Assembly: GCA_964392315.1 (NCBI GenBank)
Contig: CAYMOT010000001.1
Span: 9,042-73,041 of the forward strand
Direction: 5' to 3'
Length of the DNA stretch: 64,000 nucleotides
Source of the DNA: an uncultured Candidatus Saccharibacteria bacterium
GTDB lineage: Bacteria; Patescibacteriota; 4484-211; JAGQKX01
The notes beneath the pieces were generated by a model. It saw nothing but the letters and a program-made list of their open reading frames with translations. It did no database searches and was not told the DNA's origin. The position numbers and the translations under genes are program-made. Shown here piece after piece: positions 50,977-62,389 of this stretch; position 1 is the first letter of the stretch, and every line of letters starts with the position of its first letter.

Positions 50977-51797
50977 CTTTTCCCCAACCAGAGGCTGAAC
51001 AGTTTAATGATATTCTAGCAAAACTTCGAAATCCTGAATTTGTACCCTCATATGAGGCACTACACGAGGCAATGTACCGGCATGATGATAATGATACCTG
51101 GGTTGAGCTTATGTGGAGCCGAGAACGCCCCATCTTTGAAGTACTGACGCAAGAATACATAGAGATAATGGCCAACTATATAGTTGACCGAGCAAGAACA
51201 ATGGCCACTGAAGATACCGCTGTCACAGTATTAGAAATTGGTGCCGGAAACGGCAGATTAACCCACCTATTACGAAATGCGGTCAACGCACTAATCCCCG
51301 ATAATTCACCCCAAATACATTTTGTCGCGACGGATTCTGGTGAGTGGGAAATTCAAGCTGACTATACCGTAGAACCCTTAGATCACAAGACAGCATTAGA
51401 AAAATATAAACCAAATATTGTCATATCTTCATGGATGCCCAGTGCAGTGGATTGGACAGAAGATATTAGAGCGATTCCCGAAGTTGAGGAATATATTTTG
51501 ATAGGACCACCAGATGAAATCACTGTAGGGCATCCTTGGCTTACGTGGGGACAAAATCATTTGGAGATAGATTTAACAAATCCAAGCAGGCTAGTGAATA
51601 TCCTAAACAGCATAAAATCCTGGCTTGGCAGAAAACAGGTCTTACCTGAAAAATCACCTCCCTACGAAACAGATGGTTTTACCAGAACTAATATGAATAA
51701 CCTTCGCAATAAACAAATTTGTCGATTAGATAAATTCCGCAGCATCGATTCTCGTAGCGAATCTTCTACTGTTTCGTTCCAACGCAGAAAAGTATAA
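50961..51797 (+). CDS. class I SAM-dependent methyltransferase-like protein
   Basis: ...VTVLEIGAGNGRLTHLL... is motif I (GxGxG), with later ...ATDSGEW.... Confidence 0.45.
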   Translation: MVETIAFPQPEAEQFNDILAKLRNPEFVPSYEALHEAMYRHDDNDTWVELMWSRERPIFEVLTQEYIEIMANYIVDRARTMATEDTAVTVLEIGAGNGRLTHLLRNAVNALIPDNSPQIHFVATDSGEWEIQADYTVEPLDHKTALEKYKPNIVISSWMPSAVDWTEDIRAIPEVEEYILIGPPDEITVGHPWLTWGQNHLEIDLTNPSRLVNILNSIKSWLGRKQVLPEKSPPYETDGFTRTNMNNLRNKQICRLDKFRSIDSRSESSTVSFQRRKV

Positions 51798-51883
51798 TTT
51801 GGTACATTAGACCGGAGCAAACAATCACCACGTTATAAGGCTTTAAGTGAAAACCATCACCCATTGTGGGTCAAGTCTAATCC

Positions 51884-51958
51884 GGGCCTATAGGTAAACT
51901 GGTATACCACACCCTTCGCATGGGTGAATTCCGAGTTCGAGTCTCGGTAGGTCCACCA
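51884..51958 (+). tRNA. tRNA-Ala (anticodon CGC)
   Basis: Acceptor GGGCCTA/TAGGTCC with G3:U70, D-arm GGTA-AACTGGTA-TACC, anticodon arm CACCC-UUCGCAU-GGGUG, T-arm CCGAG-TTCGAGT-CTCGG. CCA is encoded. Confidence 0.7.
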
Positions 51959-51968
51959 AGAGAGTATA

Positions 51969-52337
51969 ATGGTTCCCATGGATATGTTCCTCAGTATTCT
52001 TGCTACGTTCGTTATTATCTTTGTCATCCCTGTCATTGTGTATGCAATATTTGCAAAATATAAGCTCGTTCAAGAGCCTGAGAAGAAAGCACGGTTTTTT
52101 GCAAGTGTAGTCATTCAAAAGATCGGTACCAGCATCGGATTTGTATTACTGTTAGGGTTGCAAAACTCTGACAATTGGCTCATCTACGGGGTGCTTTGGA
52201 CACTCATGTTCGCAATTGTCGAAATAGGACAATCGCTGAGTGATATCTATACAAAGAATGACGCCATCGCTGGTATACTTTCTGAACTAATCTACTTCCC
52301 TCTTGCGGCATACGCGGTACATTTATTATTAACCTAA
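51969..52337 (+). CDS. hypothetical polytopic membrane protein
   Basis: 122 aa with about four hydrophobic helices. Confidence 0.4.
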   Translation: MVPMDMFLSILATFVIIFVIPVIVYAIFAKYKLVQEPEKKARFFASVVIQKIGTSIGFVLLLGLQNSDNWLIYGVLWTLMFAIVEIGQSLSDIYTKNDAIAGILSELIYFPLAAYAVHLLLT

Positions 52338-52642
52338 CTCACCTCTTATAATTGAGTCCTAGTTATTATATAAGGAAGCCTACACTTCGGATGATTTTTC
52401 CATCGTTCAACAAAATTCTACTCGTAGTATTGACTTCAAACTGGTAACAGATATTCAGAAAGATCTTTTTCCTTCAATTATTAATTACTGACCTGTCCGT
52501 ACAAAGCCTATTATCACAACAAAACGATGTTGAAATAGCAAATTTTATTAATCGAGAGAACAGAATTTTGGAATTTTATTAATAATCTGAGAGAGCCCCA
52601 CCAAATGGCTATTATTAGAGAGTTTTTAAAAAATATGCCAGA

Positions 52643-53728
52643 TTACCTACGCAAATCATCCAGTGTAAACACTGGAATAGGTTGCTCCTCATCAAATGTA
52701 ACCTCAGGTGCAGAATCAACTAGTTCAATTAGCGCTTTAGTTAAACTATCTAATCCATCGTGCGTTGCTGCAGATATAGCTACTACATGGTCAAACATCT
52801 GCGCAGCGTCTTCTGCAAGCTCACCACTTTCAGGTATATCAGTCTTTGTAATAACAACCAATTCAGGCTTATCTAGCAATTTATCACTATATTCTGCCAG
52901 CTCGTTTCTGATAGTCTCATATGCCTCTTTAATCGATTGCTGAGAAGGTTGCACGCCTAACTCTTGGGCTGAAGATAAAGGATCAATGAGGTGCACTAGC
53001 ACTCGTGTTCGCTCTACATGTCGCAAAAACTCATCACCAAGCCCCTTGCCTTCCGCCGCACCTTCTATAAGACCCGGTATATCAGCAATCACGATGTCTT
53101 TCCCTTTAACCCGAAGCACCCCGAGGTTTGGAACGAGTGTGGTAAAACGGTACCCCGCTATCTCAGGCCGTGCATTGGTAAGTACAGACAGAAGAGTACT
53201 TTTGCCAGCATTTGGAAAGCCAATAAGCCCCACATCCGCCATGAGCTTCAGATCGAGCTGGATAATCTTCTCCTCCCCTGCTTCACCCGGCGAGGACTCC
53301 CGTGGCACTCTATTTATTGACGATTTGAATCTACTATTACCCTTCCCTCCGGCGCCACCTTTTGCAACCAAGACTTTCTGGCCATCCCTTTGTAGATCTG
53401 AGATCAAGGCCTTCTCATCGGTACCTACAACTTCATATACCATTGTTCCAACTGGTACCATGATCTCTGTGTTTTCACCTGAAGCTCCAGTCATATTTCG
53501 CTTTCCCCCACGAGTCCCATTTTGTCCCTGAAATAGACGCTTTGCCTGAAAGTCTAAGAGAGTCGCAACATCAGCATCTGCCACCAGATATACATCACCG
53601 CCATTACCCCCGTCCCCCCCGTCTGGACCACCTTTATTGATATATTTTTCACGACGAAACGAGACAATACCGTCTCCTCCCTTGCCACCTTGCACCGTAA
53701 TTTTTACTCGATCGACAAATTGTTTCAT
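52643..53728 (-). CDS. obg: GTPase Obg/CgtA (likely start MKQFVDRV; the ORF extends 19 codons further upstream)
   Basis: The N-terminal Gly-rich Obg fold is ...GGKGGDGIVSFRREKYINKGGPDGGDGGNGGDVYL.... G-domain motifs are ...GFPNAGKST..., ...DIPGLIEGA... and ...TKTD.... Confidence 0.85.
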   Translation of the reverse strand: MKQFVDRVKITVQGGKGGDGIVSFRREKYINKGGPDGGDGGNGGDVYLVADADVATLLDFQAKRLFQGQNGTRGGKRNMTGASGENTEIMVPVGTMVYEVVGTDEKALISDLQRDGQKVLVAKGGAGGKGNSRFKSSINRVPRESSPGEAGEEKIIQLDLKLMADVGLIGFPNAGKSTLLSVLTNARPEIAGYRFTTLVPNLGVLRVKGKDIVIADIPGLIEGAAEGKGLGDEFLRHVERTRVLVHLIDPLSSAQELGVQPSQQSIKEAYETIRNELAEYSDKLLDKPELVVITKTDIPESGELAEDAAQMFDHVVAISAATHDGLDSLTKALIELVDSAPEVTFDEEQPIPVFTLDDLRR

Positions 53729-53808
53729 TATTGAATTATAACAGGGAAGCTTACTATAAAAACAAAATCGCCGGCGGGTATCCAACCCTCCGGCGACAGT
53801 AATCGACT

Positions 53809-54192
53809 TTAGTGGCGAGATTTCAGGAACCTCGCAAATACTCCGATGAATAGCAACCCTCCAATTAGTGCTTGGGTTTTCTGAGAAGCCTTTAGGTAAT
53901 GACTAATAAAGGTCTCTCTATACTCTTTAAACCCTAGCGCCCTCCGAAGAATTTGCTCCAAACGTGTTAGGATGCAGTGAGCATCCTTCCCGAACCGGTA
54001 ATTCCTGACGGCGTTGGTTATGGTAACTGTTAGTGAGAGTACCATCCAAACTACTCTCGCTAGCTGTACAATCGGGGCCTTTGTTGAATTAATTACGAGA
54101 ACAATCCCTCCGATTAGCATACCAACTACGAAAGTTAGGTGCCCTCCGACGAGAAGGACAAGTTGCAACAGTCTAATAAACATGACAATCAC
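53809..54192 (-). CDS. hypothetical membrane protein
   Basis: 127 aa with three hydrophobic helices. Confidence 0.35.
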   Translation of the reverse strand: MIVMFIRLLQLVLLVGGHLTFVVGMLIGGIVLVINSTKAPIVQLARVVWMVLSLTVTITNAVRNYRFGKDAHCILTRLEQILRRALGFKEYRETFISHYLKASQKTQALIGGLLFIGVFARFLKSRH

Positions 54193-54264
54193 CTAGAGTA
54201 AGATTGCTTACATTATAGGCTTGATTGGAATAATTTACAAATTAAAGAGAATTGGAAGGAATAT

Positions 54265-55434
54265 CTACAACACACTCATCGGATTCACCGCTCGACCGCC
54301 CTGCTGGACAACAAAGTGAAGATGACAACCATAGGCAATACCAGTAGCACCAGTGTATCCGATGATCTGGCCTTGTGAAACAACCTGTCCCACCGATGCT
54401 GCTACCTGCGACATGTGAGCATACTGCGTTACCCTACCATCTCCGTGCTGAAGCCAAACCGTAAGGCCATACCCGCCTGCCTTTGGTCCTGCAACAATAA
54501 CGGTACCATCATTTGCCGCCCAAATTGGCTCACCACACCCCTTGGCGATATCGAGCGCCATGTGATAATAGCTTGCATACTGGGTTATCTTACCTGCTGT
54601 TGGGATAATATAACTTCCTGGAGCAGCGCTGACCGTTTCTAGTGAAAGTCCACCTGTTGCAATTGGCTGCACAGCAGCACTCGCCAAAACAACTGGAGCT
54701 TTTTGGGCAGGCTGTGGTACTTCCCCGCCTGGAATAATAAGCATGTCACCGGCAAACACATTAAATGGAGGTTTGAGAACATTCGCGTCAACAATAAGTT
54801 GCGGAGAGACGTTATATTTTTCTGCTAATGAGGCAACAGACTCCCCTTCTTTTACCGTATGGGTCAACCCTTCGACAGGAGGGATACTCAGTGTATCCCC
54901 GGGGTGAAGAAACGCGTCTTGTGAAATATTATTGACATACGCAATTGCGTCAGCGGGGACTAAATACTTTTCAGCGATAGCATAGAGTGTATCCCCTGGC
55001 TCCACTACGTGTTCCACCACTTCATTAATAGATGGCAATGCCCCACCCTCTACCTGTATAAGTCGTGAAGATGCAAGGCTTGCAGCTGCGCTGGCAGACA
55101 GTTCTTTGTTGTGTATTAATACTGTTTCAGAAGGCGCATGGGTAATAATATCGTTTGCTTGAGGAGCTAATGGTATAAGGCTAAAGCACAACCCAACAGA
55201 TACTGTAGCAACAGTCACCCCCGAAGAAGAAGCAACTTCATTCCCTCTGCGCATCAGGCTACGCAAAAGGTTGCGCTTTAATACCATTAATTTTCGGGAT
55301 ACATATGTAGCAGGCAGGAACATCACCTGCTTGAATGCCAGTAAGTACCCTATGGTACGGCTCAAAAACGTATATACAAAAAGTTGCAATTCGTTAAAAA
55401 AATGGCCTACAAGCGGCCATATATGGGTAAACAT
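54265..55434 (-). CDS. LysM-domain M23-family peptidoglycan metalloendopeptidase
   Basis: N-terminal TM, two LysM-like repeats (...GDTLYAIAEKY..., ...GESVASLAEKYNV...), and a C-terminal M23 core ...HMALDIA...GLTVWLQHGDG...GCHLHFVV.... Confidence 0.75.
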   Translation of the reverse strand: MFTHIWPLVGHFFNELQLFVYTFLSRTIGYLLAFKQVMFLPATYVSRKLMVLKRNLLRSLMRRGNEVASSSGVTVATVSVGLCFSLIPLAPQANDIITHAPSETVLIHNKELSASAAASLASSRLIQVEGGALPSINEVVEHVVEPGDTLYAIAEKYLVPADAIAYVNNISQDAFLHPGDTLSIPPVEGLTHTVKEGESVASLAEKYNVSPQLIVDANVLKPPFNVFAGDMLIIPGGEVPQPAQKAPVVLASAAVQPIATGGLSLETVSAAPGSYIIPTAGKITQYASYYHMALDIAKGCGEPIWAANDGTVIVAGPKAGGYGLTVWLQHGDGRVTQYAHMSQVAASVGQVVSQGQIIGYTGATGIAYGCHLHFVVQQGGRAVNPMSVL

Positions 55435-55505
55435 AGGCGTTGTCCTCTCTTCCGCAGCATATTATATCGTGAATACAGGGGGCATGCAAATCGACACAAC
55501 ACACA

Positions 55506-56705
55506 CTAAAGCCTTTCGTGGAGGGTTTTTAGGAACTCATCGTTCGAGTCAGTCTTTTTTAGGCGATCCAAAAGCAATGCTGTCGTCTCTGCTCCTTCAC
55601 CCAATGTATCAATCATACGGCGCAGTTTGACAATCATCTCCATTTTCTCCTCCCCAAAGAGGAGTTCCTGCTTTCGGGTACCAGATCGTGTAATATCTAT
55701 CGCAGGGAAAATCCATCGTTCAGCGAGGCGCCGATCCAAGTGTAATTCCATGTTACCCGTCCCTTTGAACTCTTCATAGATAAGGTCGTCCATTCGAGAA
55801 CCGGTATCTACCAGTGCGGTAGCAATAATGGTAAGCGAGCCGCCTTCTTCGATATTTCGGGCTGCACCAAAAAACTGCTTCGGAGGGAATAACGCAGCAG
55901 GATCAAATCCACCAGATAATGTGCGCCCCGATGGCGGCACATTAAGGTTATGCGCACGTGCAAGTCGTGTTATTGAATCAACGAGTATAACAACATCTTT
56001 GCCCATTTCTACCATTCTCTTTGCTTGCTGCAAGCCAAGTTCTGCAACAGTCACTTGGTCTGCAGGAGACTCGTCAAAGTTACTCGCTATTACCTTTCCT
56101 TTAACACTCCTACTCAAGTCAGTCACTTCTTCAGGCCGCTCCCCTATCAAAACAACAATGAGTTCGACATCTGGATTATTTTCAGTAACACCATTGGCAA
56201 TTTCCTTCAACAGTGAAGTCTTTCCTGCCTTTGGTGGGGAAACAATCATCCCGCGTTGCCCTTTTCCAATCGGCGCGACCAAATCTATTAGCCGTGTCGA
56301 AAGGATATGCGATTTTGTTTCAAGCTTTAATTGTTCGTCTGGAAATATTGGTGTTAATCGCTCAAATACTGGTCGATCTCCTGAAACTTCAGGGTTGGCT
56401 CCATTCACTTTTGTAATTTTAAGTAGTCCCCAATATTTCTCGCCTTCCTTTGGGGGACGCGCCGCACCTTCTACAACATCTCCACCTCGCAACCGGAAGC
56501 GTCGTATCTGAGAACTAGAGATATACACGTCATCAGGAGATGGCTTTGGCCCACCGCGTCGCAAAAAGCCGTAATCAGGCAATATATCTAATATACCCTC
56601 GACGGTCTTTACATTATCATCAGCGAGGTCACTCACGTGATTTGTATCGTTAGATTCAGTTTGATCTTGATATTGTTGCTCTGGCATGTAACTTTTAAAC
56701 CCCAC
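55506..56705 (-). CDS. rho: transcription termination factor Rho
   Basis: The N-terminal OB/CSD region is followed by a RecA-like core ...GQRGMIVSPPKAGKT..., ...LIGERPEEVTD... and ...ALVDTGSRMDD.... Confidence 0.9.
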   Translation of the reverse strand: MGFKSYMPEQQYQDQTESNDTNHVSDLADDNVKTVEGILDILPDYGFLRRGGPKPSPDDVYISSSQIRRFRLRGGDVVEGAARPPKEGEKYWGLLKITKVNGANPEVSGDRPVFERLTPIFPDEQLKLETKSHILSTRLIDLVAPIGKGQRGMIVSPPKAGKTSLLKEIANGVTENNPDVELIVVLIGERPEEVTDLSRSVKGKVIASNFDESPADQVTVAELGLQQAKRMVEMGKDVVILVDSITRLARAHNLNVPPSGRTLSGGFDPAALFPPKQFFGAARNIEEGGSLTIIATALVDTGSRMDDLIYEEFKGTGNMELHLDRRLAERWIFPAIDITRSGTRKQELLFGEEKMEMIVKLRRMIDTLGEGAETTALLLDRLKKTDSNDEFLKTLHERL

Positions 56706-57001
56706 AGAGGAGTCAGAGAATTTTTACTCCTTGTAATACTCAATATGCATCAGACGGGCTAGACAAAATAGTTGAAGCTTGTATTACTCATATCTGGAAA
56801 AGAAAACGAAGTAGTACCCCCACTATATCGTAGGAATGTCCATTTGTCAATTTAGCACCATGAGCAGAGGATCCTAGAGCGAAAAACGCGCACTGCCCCT
56901 ACACGCTTCTCGCAGGTTAGAATCCTCCACCCACGCTGCTAAAGGTGAATACCTTATAACACAAACCTATAGTTTGTGTCAACGGTGACTAAAACGAAAA
57001 C

Positions 57002-57916
57002 CTATCTATCGTAGATCTTCGAGAATATCATCCTTCCTGCGTCTGTCTGCAGAAATCGCATCACCTCAACGGATACATTTTCCCCAATATGAACCTCTCC
57101 ATCCTCTACTACAACCATCGTGCCGTCGGGTAAATACCCAAGCCCTTGGCCTTTTTCCTTACCTTTGTGTACCAGATCAATGTCAGTGCGTTCACCAGGT
57201 AGCAGCACTGTCTTCACCATATTGGCAAGCTCGTTAATATTGAGCACCTCAAGACCCATAATTTTTGCCTTTTTATGCAGATTGTAGTCAATAGTAACTA
57301 CTTTCCCTTTGTGCAATCGCGCTGCCTGCACAAGCCGCTCATCTACATCCATCCCTTCGTACAGTGTATTCTTATTAATCCTGAGCATTCGAAAAGGAAC
57401 ATGCCGTGCTTTGCGCAACTCATCCAGAATTTCCAAGGCCCGACGACCACGTTGCCGTTTAAGATCATCTTTTGAGTCTGCGATACGCTTTAGTTCGTCA
57501 AGAATGCAGTCGAGTAACACCAATTCACCGAATAAAAACCCAGTACGTGCCACATCAGCAATGCGCCCATCAATAATCGCTGATGAATCAAGAAACAACA
57601 ACGGAATGGTACGCTGCTTCTTCTTAAGCTTGACCGTCTGTGGCCGATTTTGCCGGCTACCAAATGGCCAATAGTCATTGAAGGAATCAATGATCGTCTG
57701 CCGCTTAATATAAAAAAGCCACCCAAAGAACGACGCAAGGATAGCTGCTGACAACACCGAGGCTTGACCGGTATATTTCCACTCCAGACTTCCAATTGGC
57801 ACTGACACGAGTGCTCCGATGATGAGGCCAAGAATAATGCCAAGGCTTGTCAAAAACACCGTCGAAATTCTTATTTTGTTGGTGAACTCGTTAAATCGGG
57901 TCCGAAGTGTATTCAT
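57002..57916 (-). CDS. PIN/TRAM-domain protein (YacL-like)
   Basis: N-terminal TM helices, PIN domain ...LFLDSSAIIDGRI..., C-terminal TRAM-like ...VEDGEVHIGENVSVEV.... Its conserved position next to radA is present. Confidence 0.65.
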   Translation of the reverse strand: MNTLRTRFNEFTNKIRISTVFLTSLGIILGLIIGALVSVPIGSLEWKYTGQASVLSAAILASFFGWLFYIKRQTIIDSFNDYWPFGSRQNRPQTVKLKKKQRTIPLLFLDSSAIIDGRIADVARTGFLFGELVLLDCILDELKRIADSKDDLKRQRGRRALEILDELRKARHVPFRMLRINKNTLYEGMDVDERLVQAARLHKGKVVTIDYNLHKKAKIMGLEVLNINELANMVKTVLLPGERTDIDLVHKGKEKGQGLGYLPDGTMVVVEDGEVHIGENVSVEVMRFLQTDAGRMIFSKIYDR

Positions 57917-57919
57917 GCA

Positions 57920-59245
57920 CTATGACAAAGTTGCAAACCAGTGCAAGATGTCTGATATCGCCTGATGGGAGCTCGCGTGAATAATATTTTTAAATCCATA
58001 TTGCTGTGCCTCCTTTTTGCGTTGCGCCTCGTTACTTACCGTGTTAATTGTACCAAGTAAGCTTATCTCTCCCCAAGCAACAGTATCCGCTGGGATAGCC
58101 ACATTTTTCAGACTTGATATCAACGCGATACAAATACCTACATCCGGCGTGGTTTCATACACCCGTATCCCTTCCGAGATGTTTATAAAAATGTCATGCT
58201 CATAAAAACGGTGTTTTGAATACTTCTCCAGCACTGCAATGAGTTGTAGTACACGATTGTAGTCATAACCGTTCACTACCCGTCTCGGATTCTGCATATA
58301 CGATTTTGTCACGAGAGCCTGTACCTCAACCGGCAGATAGTGCCCCCCTTCTTTGATAACACTGGTTACAGAACCCACGCGGGACACCCGCTTTGAACCC
58401 TCCTGCGCCATAAAGGACGGCAAAAGATCTTTAAAGTACCCCTCGTTAAAATCGTAAAACGCGATCTCATTCACCGACCCGAACCTGTTTTTCACACTTC
58501 GAAGCACTTTCCGTTCAGTATTGCCTTCTAAATACAACACTACGTCGACGAGATGTTCGGCTGTTTTTGGTCCAGCAAGGTTACCTTCTTTGGTGACATG
58601 CCCAACGAGAATAAATGGTATCTGATGATGCTTGGCAAAATGAACAGCGAGCTGCACCACCATCTGTACTTGAGCTACGCTCCCTTGCTTACTCGTTACC
58701 GAGACTGAAGAAATCGTTTGCACTGAATCAATAATAACGGCAGTGGGTTTAGTATTCTCTTGCGCATCCAAGGTATTAATCACTTCTTCAATATGCCCTA
58801 TCGGTGCAATATTGATTGCATCAGGGGATTTTAATTGTAGTCGTGCAGAACGCAGCGCGACTTGTTCTACCGTCTCCTCGCCAGTAAAGTAATACACTAC
58901 ACCATGTTCCGCAAGCGAATCAGCATATTGAAGCAACAACGTACTTTTACCGCTCCCTGGTTCGCCACCCAAGAGTATAACCGCACCAGGGACGAGCCCT
59001 CCACCTAATACTTTATCGATACCTTCTAGTTTAGAAGTAACTCTTTTAACATTTTCTGGATTAATGGAAGAAAGCGTCTGAGTAGTAACCGTTTGGTCAA
59101 ATGAAGCTACTTTTTGGGAAAAATCTTTCGCGGAAACTTCTTGCAAACTATTCCAGGCGTTGCACGAAAAGCACTTGCCGTGCCAACGGGTTGACTCTGC
59201 ACCACACTCTCGACAAACATAGTACACTCCAGCATTTTTAGGCAT
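57920..59245 (-). CDS. radA: DNA repair protein RadA/Sms
   Basis: N-terminal zinc finger ...[21 protein letters not shown]..., Walker A ...[14 protein letters not shown]..., KNRFG motif, C-terminal Lon-like domain. Confidence 0.9.
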   Translation of the reverse strand: MPKNAGVYYVCRECGAESTRWHGKCFSCNAWNSLQEVSAKDFSQKVASFDQTVTTQTLSSINPENVKRVTSKLEGIDKVLGGGLVPGAVILLGGEPGSGKSTLLLQYADSLAEHGVVYYFTGEETVEQVALRSARLQLKSPDAINIAPIGHIEEVINTLDAQENTKPTAVIIDSVQTISSVSVTSKQGSVAQVQMVVQLAVHFAKHHQIPFILVGHVTKEGNLAGPKTAEHLVDVVLYLEGNTERKVLRSVKNRFGSVNEIAFYDFNEGYFKDLLPSFMAQEGSKRVSRVGSVTSVIKEGGHYLPVEVQALVTKSYMQNPRRVVNGYDYNRVLQLIAVLEKYSKHRFYEHDIFINISEGIRVYETTPDVGICIALISSLKNVAIPADTVAWGEISLLGTINTVSNEAQRKKEAQQYGFKNIIHASSHQAISDILHWFATLS

Positions 59246-60284
59246 TGGACAAACTTAAGTCGATCTGACGTTTGGTTAGATCTAAAGAGTCGATCGTTAC
59301 ATCGAGTGCCTCTCCTACCTTAAGCTGCTTCTTGTCTTCAGAAAGCTTTGAAAGCGGTAACAGCCCTTCTACTTCTGGAGAGACAAGCACATACACACCA
59401 AAGCTGGTAATTTTCTTAACGGTCCCTGTTACATTTGCACCAACCGCGAGAGTCTTTGCTGCTTCCTGCCATGGGTCTACTGCCGCTTCTTTTATTGACA
59501 GTCGCACATCACCGGTTTCTGGGCTAAAATCTAGTACCTTTGCGTCTACCGTATCGCCCACCGCAAACGAAACGAGGCTTACGTTTTGATCCCATGAGAG
59601 CTCATCTTCTGGAATAAGCACTTCTACTCCTGACACTTCGACCATCAGGCCGTACGGCATAATATTTGTCACCGGCACTGAAAGCACATCACCTACTGAT
59701 AGTGTTTTCAGTAACTCTTCCCGTTGCTTTTCTTCCTCACCTTCTCGCATCGCCCGTTCTGATACAATAATCCGATCGTCAGCTTCGTTTAACTCCATGA
59801 GCTTTACTTCTATTTCTTCTCCTCGCATCCGATCAAGCGCACTCTGAAGCTCCGGTTTGCCCATCTTCTGATCTGGTCCATGCTCTAGGTGCGAAAACGG
59901 CAAAAAGCCCCGAATACCCATGACATCGACAATAAGCCCACCTTTATTGTGACTAATAACAGTGACCTTAAAAGAAGTGTCTTCAGCAAGATGTTTTTTA
60001 AGATCCATCCATGCTTTGGCAGCTTCAGCCTTCGATAGTGAAAGCATAATATGCCCACGTTTGCTTTCTGGAGTGAGAACAAATACGTACAGTTCGTCTC
60101 CTGGTTTTAGATCTTGAGATTTAAATTCTGATTTGGGTAAGACACCTTCGGATTTTGTTCCTAGGTCAATTAACGCCTCGCGTTCGGTAATCTGAAGGAC
60201 GGTGCCTTTCACTACATCACCCCGCTGCAAAAGCGGAAATGTATACGATTCATCGAGCAAATCTTGCATCGTCTGTTTTGACAT
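59238..60284 (-). CDS. rpsA: 30S ribosomal protein S1 (short, ~4 S1 domains)
   Basis: Repeated S1 OB-fold units (...[11 protein letters not shown]..., ...GIRGFLPFS..., ...VGDVLSVPV..., ...[18 protein letters not shown]...). Confidence 0.7.
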   Translation of the reverse strand: MSKQTMQDLLDESYTFPLLQRGDVVKGTVLQITEREALIDLGTKSEGVLPKSEFKSQDLKPGDELYVFVLTPESKRGHIMLSLSKAEAAKAWMDLKKHLAEDTSFKVTVISHNKGGLIVDVMGIRGFLPFSHLEHGPDQKMGKPELQSALDRMRGEEIEVKLMELNEADDRIIVSERAMREGEEEKQREELLKTLSVGDVLSVPVTNIMPYGLMVEVSGVEVLIPEDELSWDQNVSLVSFAVGDTVDAKVLDFSPETGDVRLSIKEAAVDPWQEAAKTLAVGANVTGTVKKITSFGVYVLVSPEVEGLLPLSKLSEDKKQLKVGEALDVTIDSLDLTKRQIDLSLSNA

Positions 60285-60348
60285 AAAGTGGCAAATCCTT
60301 TCCTGGTTATACGCGTTATTGCGGCTTGGTTCAATTATTGAACCCTTT

Positions 60349-60460
60349 GTGCTGGCGACGACCTATTTTCGCACAAAAGCACTATCGTCGGCGCTGAGGG
60401 ACTTAACGATTCTGTTCGGTATGGTAAGAAGTGTACCCCCCTCGCTAAAATCACCAGCAC
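60349..60460 (-). rRNA. rrf: 5S ribosomal RNA
   Basis: The reverse complement reads GTGCTGGTGATTTTAGCGAGGGGGGTACACTTCTTACCATACCGAACAGAATCGTTAAGTCCCTCAGCGCCGACGATAGTG...TCGCCAGCAC. This carries conserved 5S motifs (CCAUACCGAACA, GUUAAG, CAGCGCCGA.GAUAGUG) and pairing termini. Confidence 0.8.
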
Positions 60461-61020
60461 AAAAGGCTCAATGAGACTCTGAAAACACAAGTCTGCGACG
60501 AAGTGTTTTCAGCCAGTCGAATTAGTCCTGCCGAAGCCCAAGGGCGAAGGCGGACTCAATGAACACATTCAATCAGCGTACCGATTTGAACCCTAACAAC
60601 TGGATATGTTTAATAGAAATATAAATACTTAACGGCCTATTAGTACGGCTCGGCTCGCAATCCAATCATCAAGTCGATTTGTGAAACGATCTATATCAGT
60701 CCGAAGACATCAATTTCACATTTTACATTTCTCATTTCAAATCAGACCACTACACACATTACTATGCTTACACCTGCCGCCTATCAACGTGGTAATCTCC
60801 CACGGACCTTGGTTTTCTTGAGGTTGGCTTCACGCTTATATGCTTTCAGCGTTTATCCAGACCAAACGTAGCTACTGAGCAATGCCTTCTAGACAACTCA
60901 TACACTAGAGGTTTGTCCACTCCGGTCCTCTCGTACTAGGAGTAGCCCCTCTCAAACCGTTCACGCTCACACCAGATAGAGACCGACCTGTCTTACGACG
61001 GTCTGAACCCAACTCGCGTA

Positions 61021-61052
<32 letters not shown>

Positions 61053-61191
61053 AACCTTCTCCAGCTCCAGGATGCGATGGGTCGACATCGAGGTGCCGAA
61101 CTGCGCCGTCAATATGGACTATTGGGCGCAACCAGCCTGTTATCCCCAGGGTAACTTTTATCCGATAATCTCTGGTGCTACCAAACGCGAA

Positions 61192-61290
61192 CTCGTGCAA
61201 AGCACGAGAAAACGAAGTGCATCGTTATGATTACAGAACATTTCTACAAAAATGGTGCTTTTTCTTCGTTCCCTTGTGCTTCGCACAAGT
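61192..61290 (-). other. intervening sequence / expansion in 23S domain V (near E. coli position ~2400), bounded by hairpins CTTGTGCGAAGCACAAG and CTCGTGCTTTGCACGAG (rRNA sense)
   Basis: Where E. coli has ~41 nt (GGUGGUUCUGAAUGGAAGGGCCAUCGCUCAAC) this gene has ~150 nt. The terminal hairpins are near-identical to those of the helix-45 insertion. Confidence 0.5.
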
Positions 61291-62389
61291 TATACCAGAG
61301 GGTCACTAGGTCCGACTTTCGTCTCTGCTCGACTTGTGAGTCTCACAGTTAAGCCAGCTTGTGCCCTTACACTAAAAGCTCGATTTCCAATCCGAGCTTA
61401 GCTGACCTTTGAGCGCCTGCGTTACTTTTTAGCAGGTAACCGCCCCAGTCAAACTACCCGCCAGACACTGTCTTCCTCCGAGCTTCATCGGTAGGAGTTA
61501 GTCGACGTAACCACAGAGGTGGGTGTTTCATTGGCGACTCCACGCAGGCTAGCGCCTGCGCTTCATAGTCTCCCCACTACACTACACAAAGTGTTCACGG
61601 CAACAATATCAAGCTATAGTAAAGCTCCATGGGGTCTTCTTGTCCCGGTGTGAGTAATCCGCATCTTCGCGGATATTGCAATTTCGCTGAGTCCCCCCTT
61701 GAGGACAGTGTCCAATTCGTTACGCCTTTCGTGCACGTCGGAACTTACCCGACAAGGAATTACGCTACCTTAGCACAGTCAGAGTTACTGCGGCCATTCA
61801 CCGGGGCTTCGGTCACAAGCTCGACCCGACAAGCGGATCTTACAAGCTTCGTTAACCTTCCGGCATTGGGCAGGCGTCAGCCTCTATACGTCCTATTACT
61901 AGTTAGCAGAGGCCTGTGTTTTTGCTAAACAGTCGCTTGGACTTCTCGTGTGTCCCCCACAGTATAAATACAGCAGGGCTACCTTTTCCCAAAGTTACGG
62001 TAGTAATTTGCCTAGTTCCCTAAGGAGGGTTCTCTCAATCACCTTGGAATGCTCATCCAGTCTACCAGTGTCGGTTTGCGGTACGGTTCCCATATGCAAT
62101 TAATCACAAACTTTTCTAGCTCCGACGCAATGTCGGATGTCATTTGTGGGTACACATATAGAAGTCACGGAATATTAACCGTGTGTCCATCGACTACCCC
62201 CGCGTTGGCAGGGCTTGCCTTAGGACCGACTAACCCTTAGCGGATCTACCGTGCTAAGGAATCCTGAGACTTTCGGTGTCCATCAATCTCGGATGGATTT
62301 ACGCTACTCATGTCGGCATTCTCACTTCCAATCGCTCCAGCCTTGCTCACGCTTGACCTTCGACGCAATTGGAACGCTCTTCTACCAAC

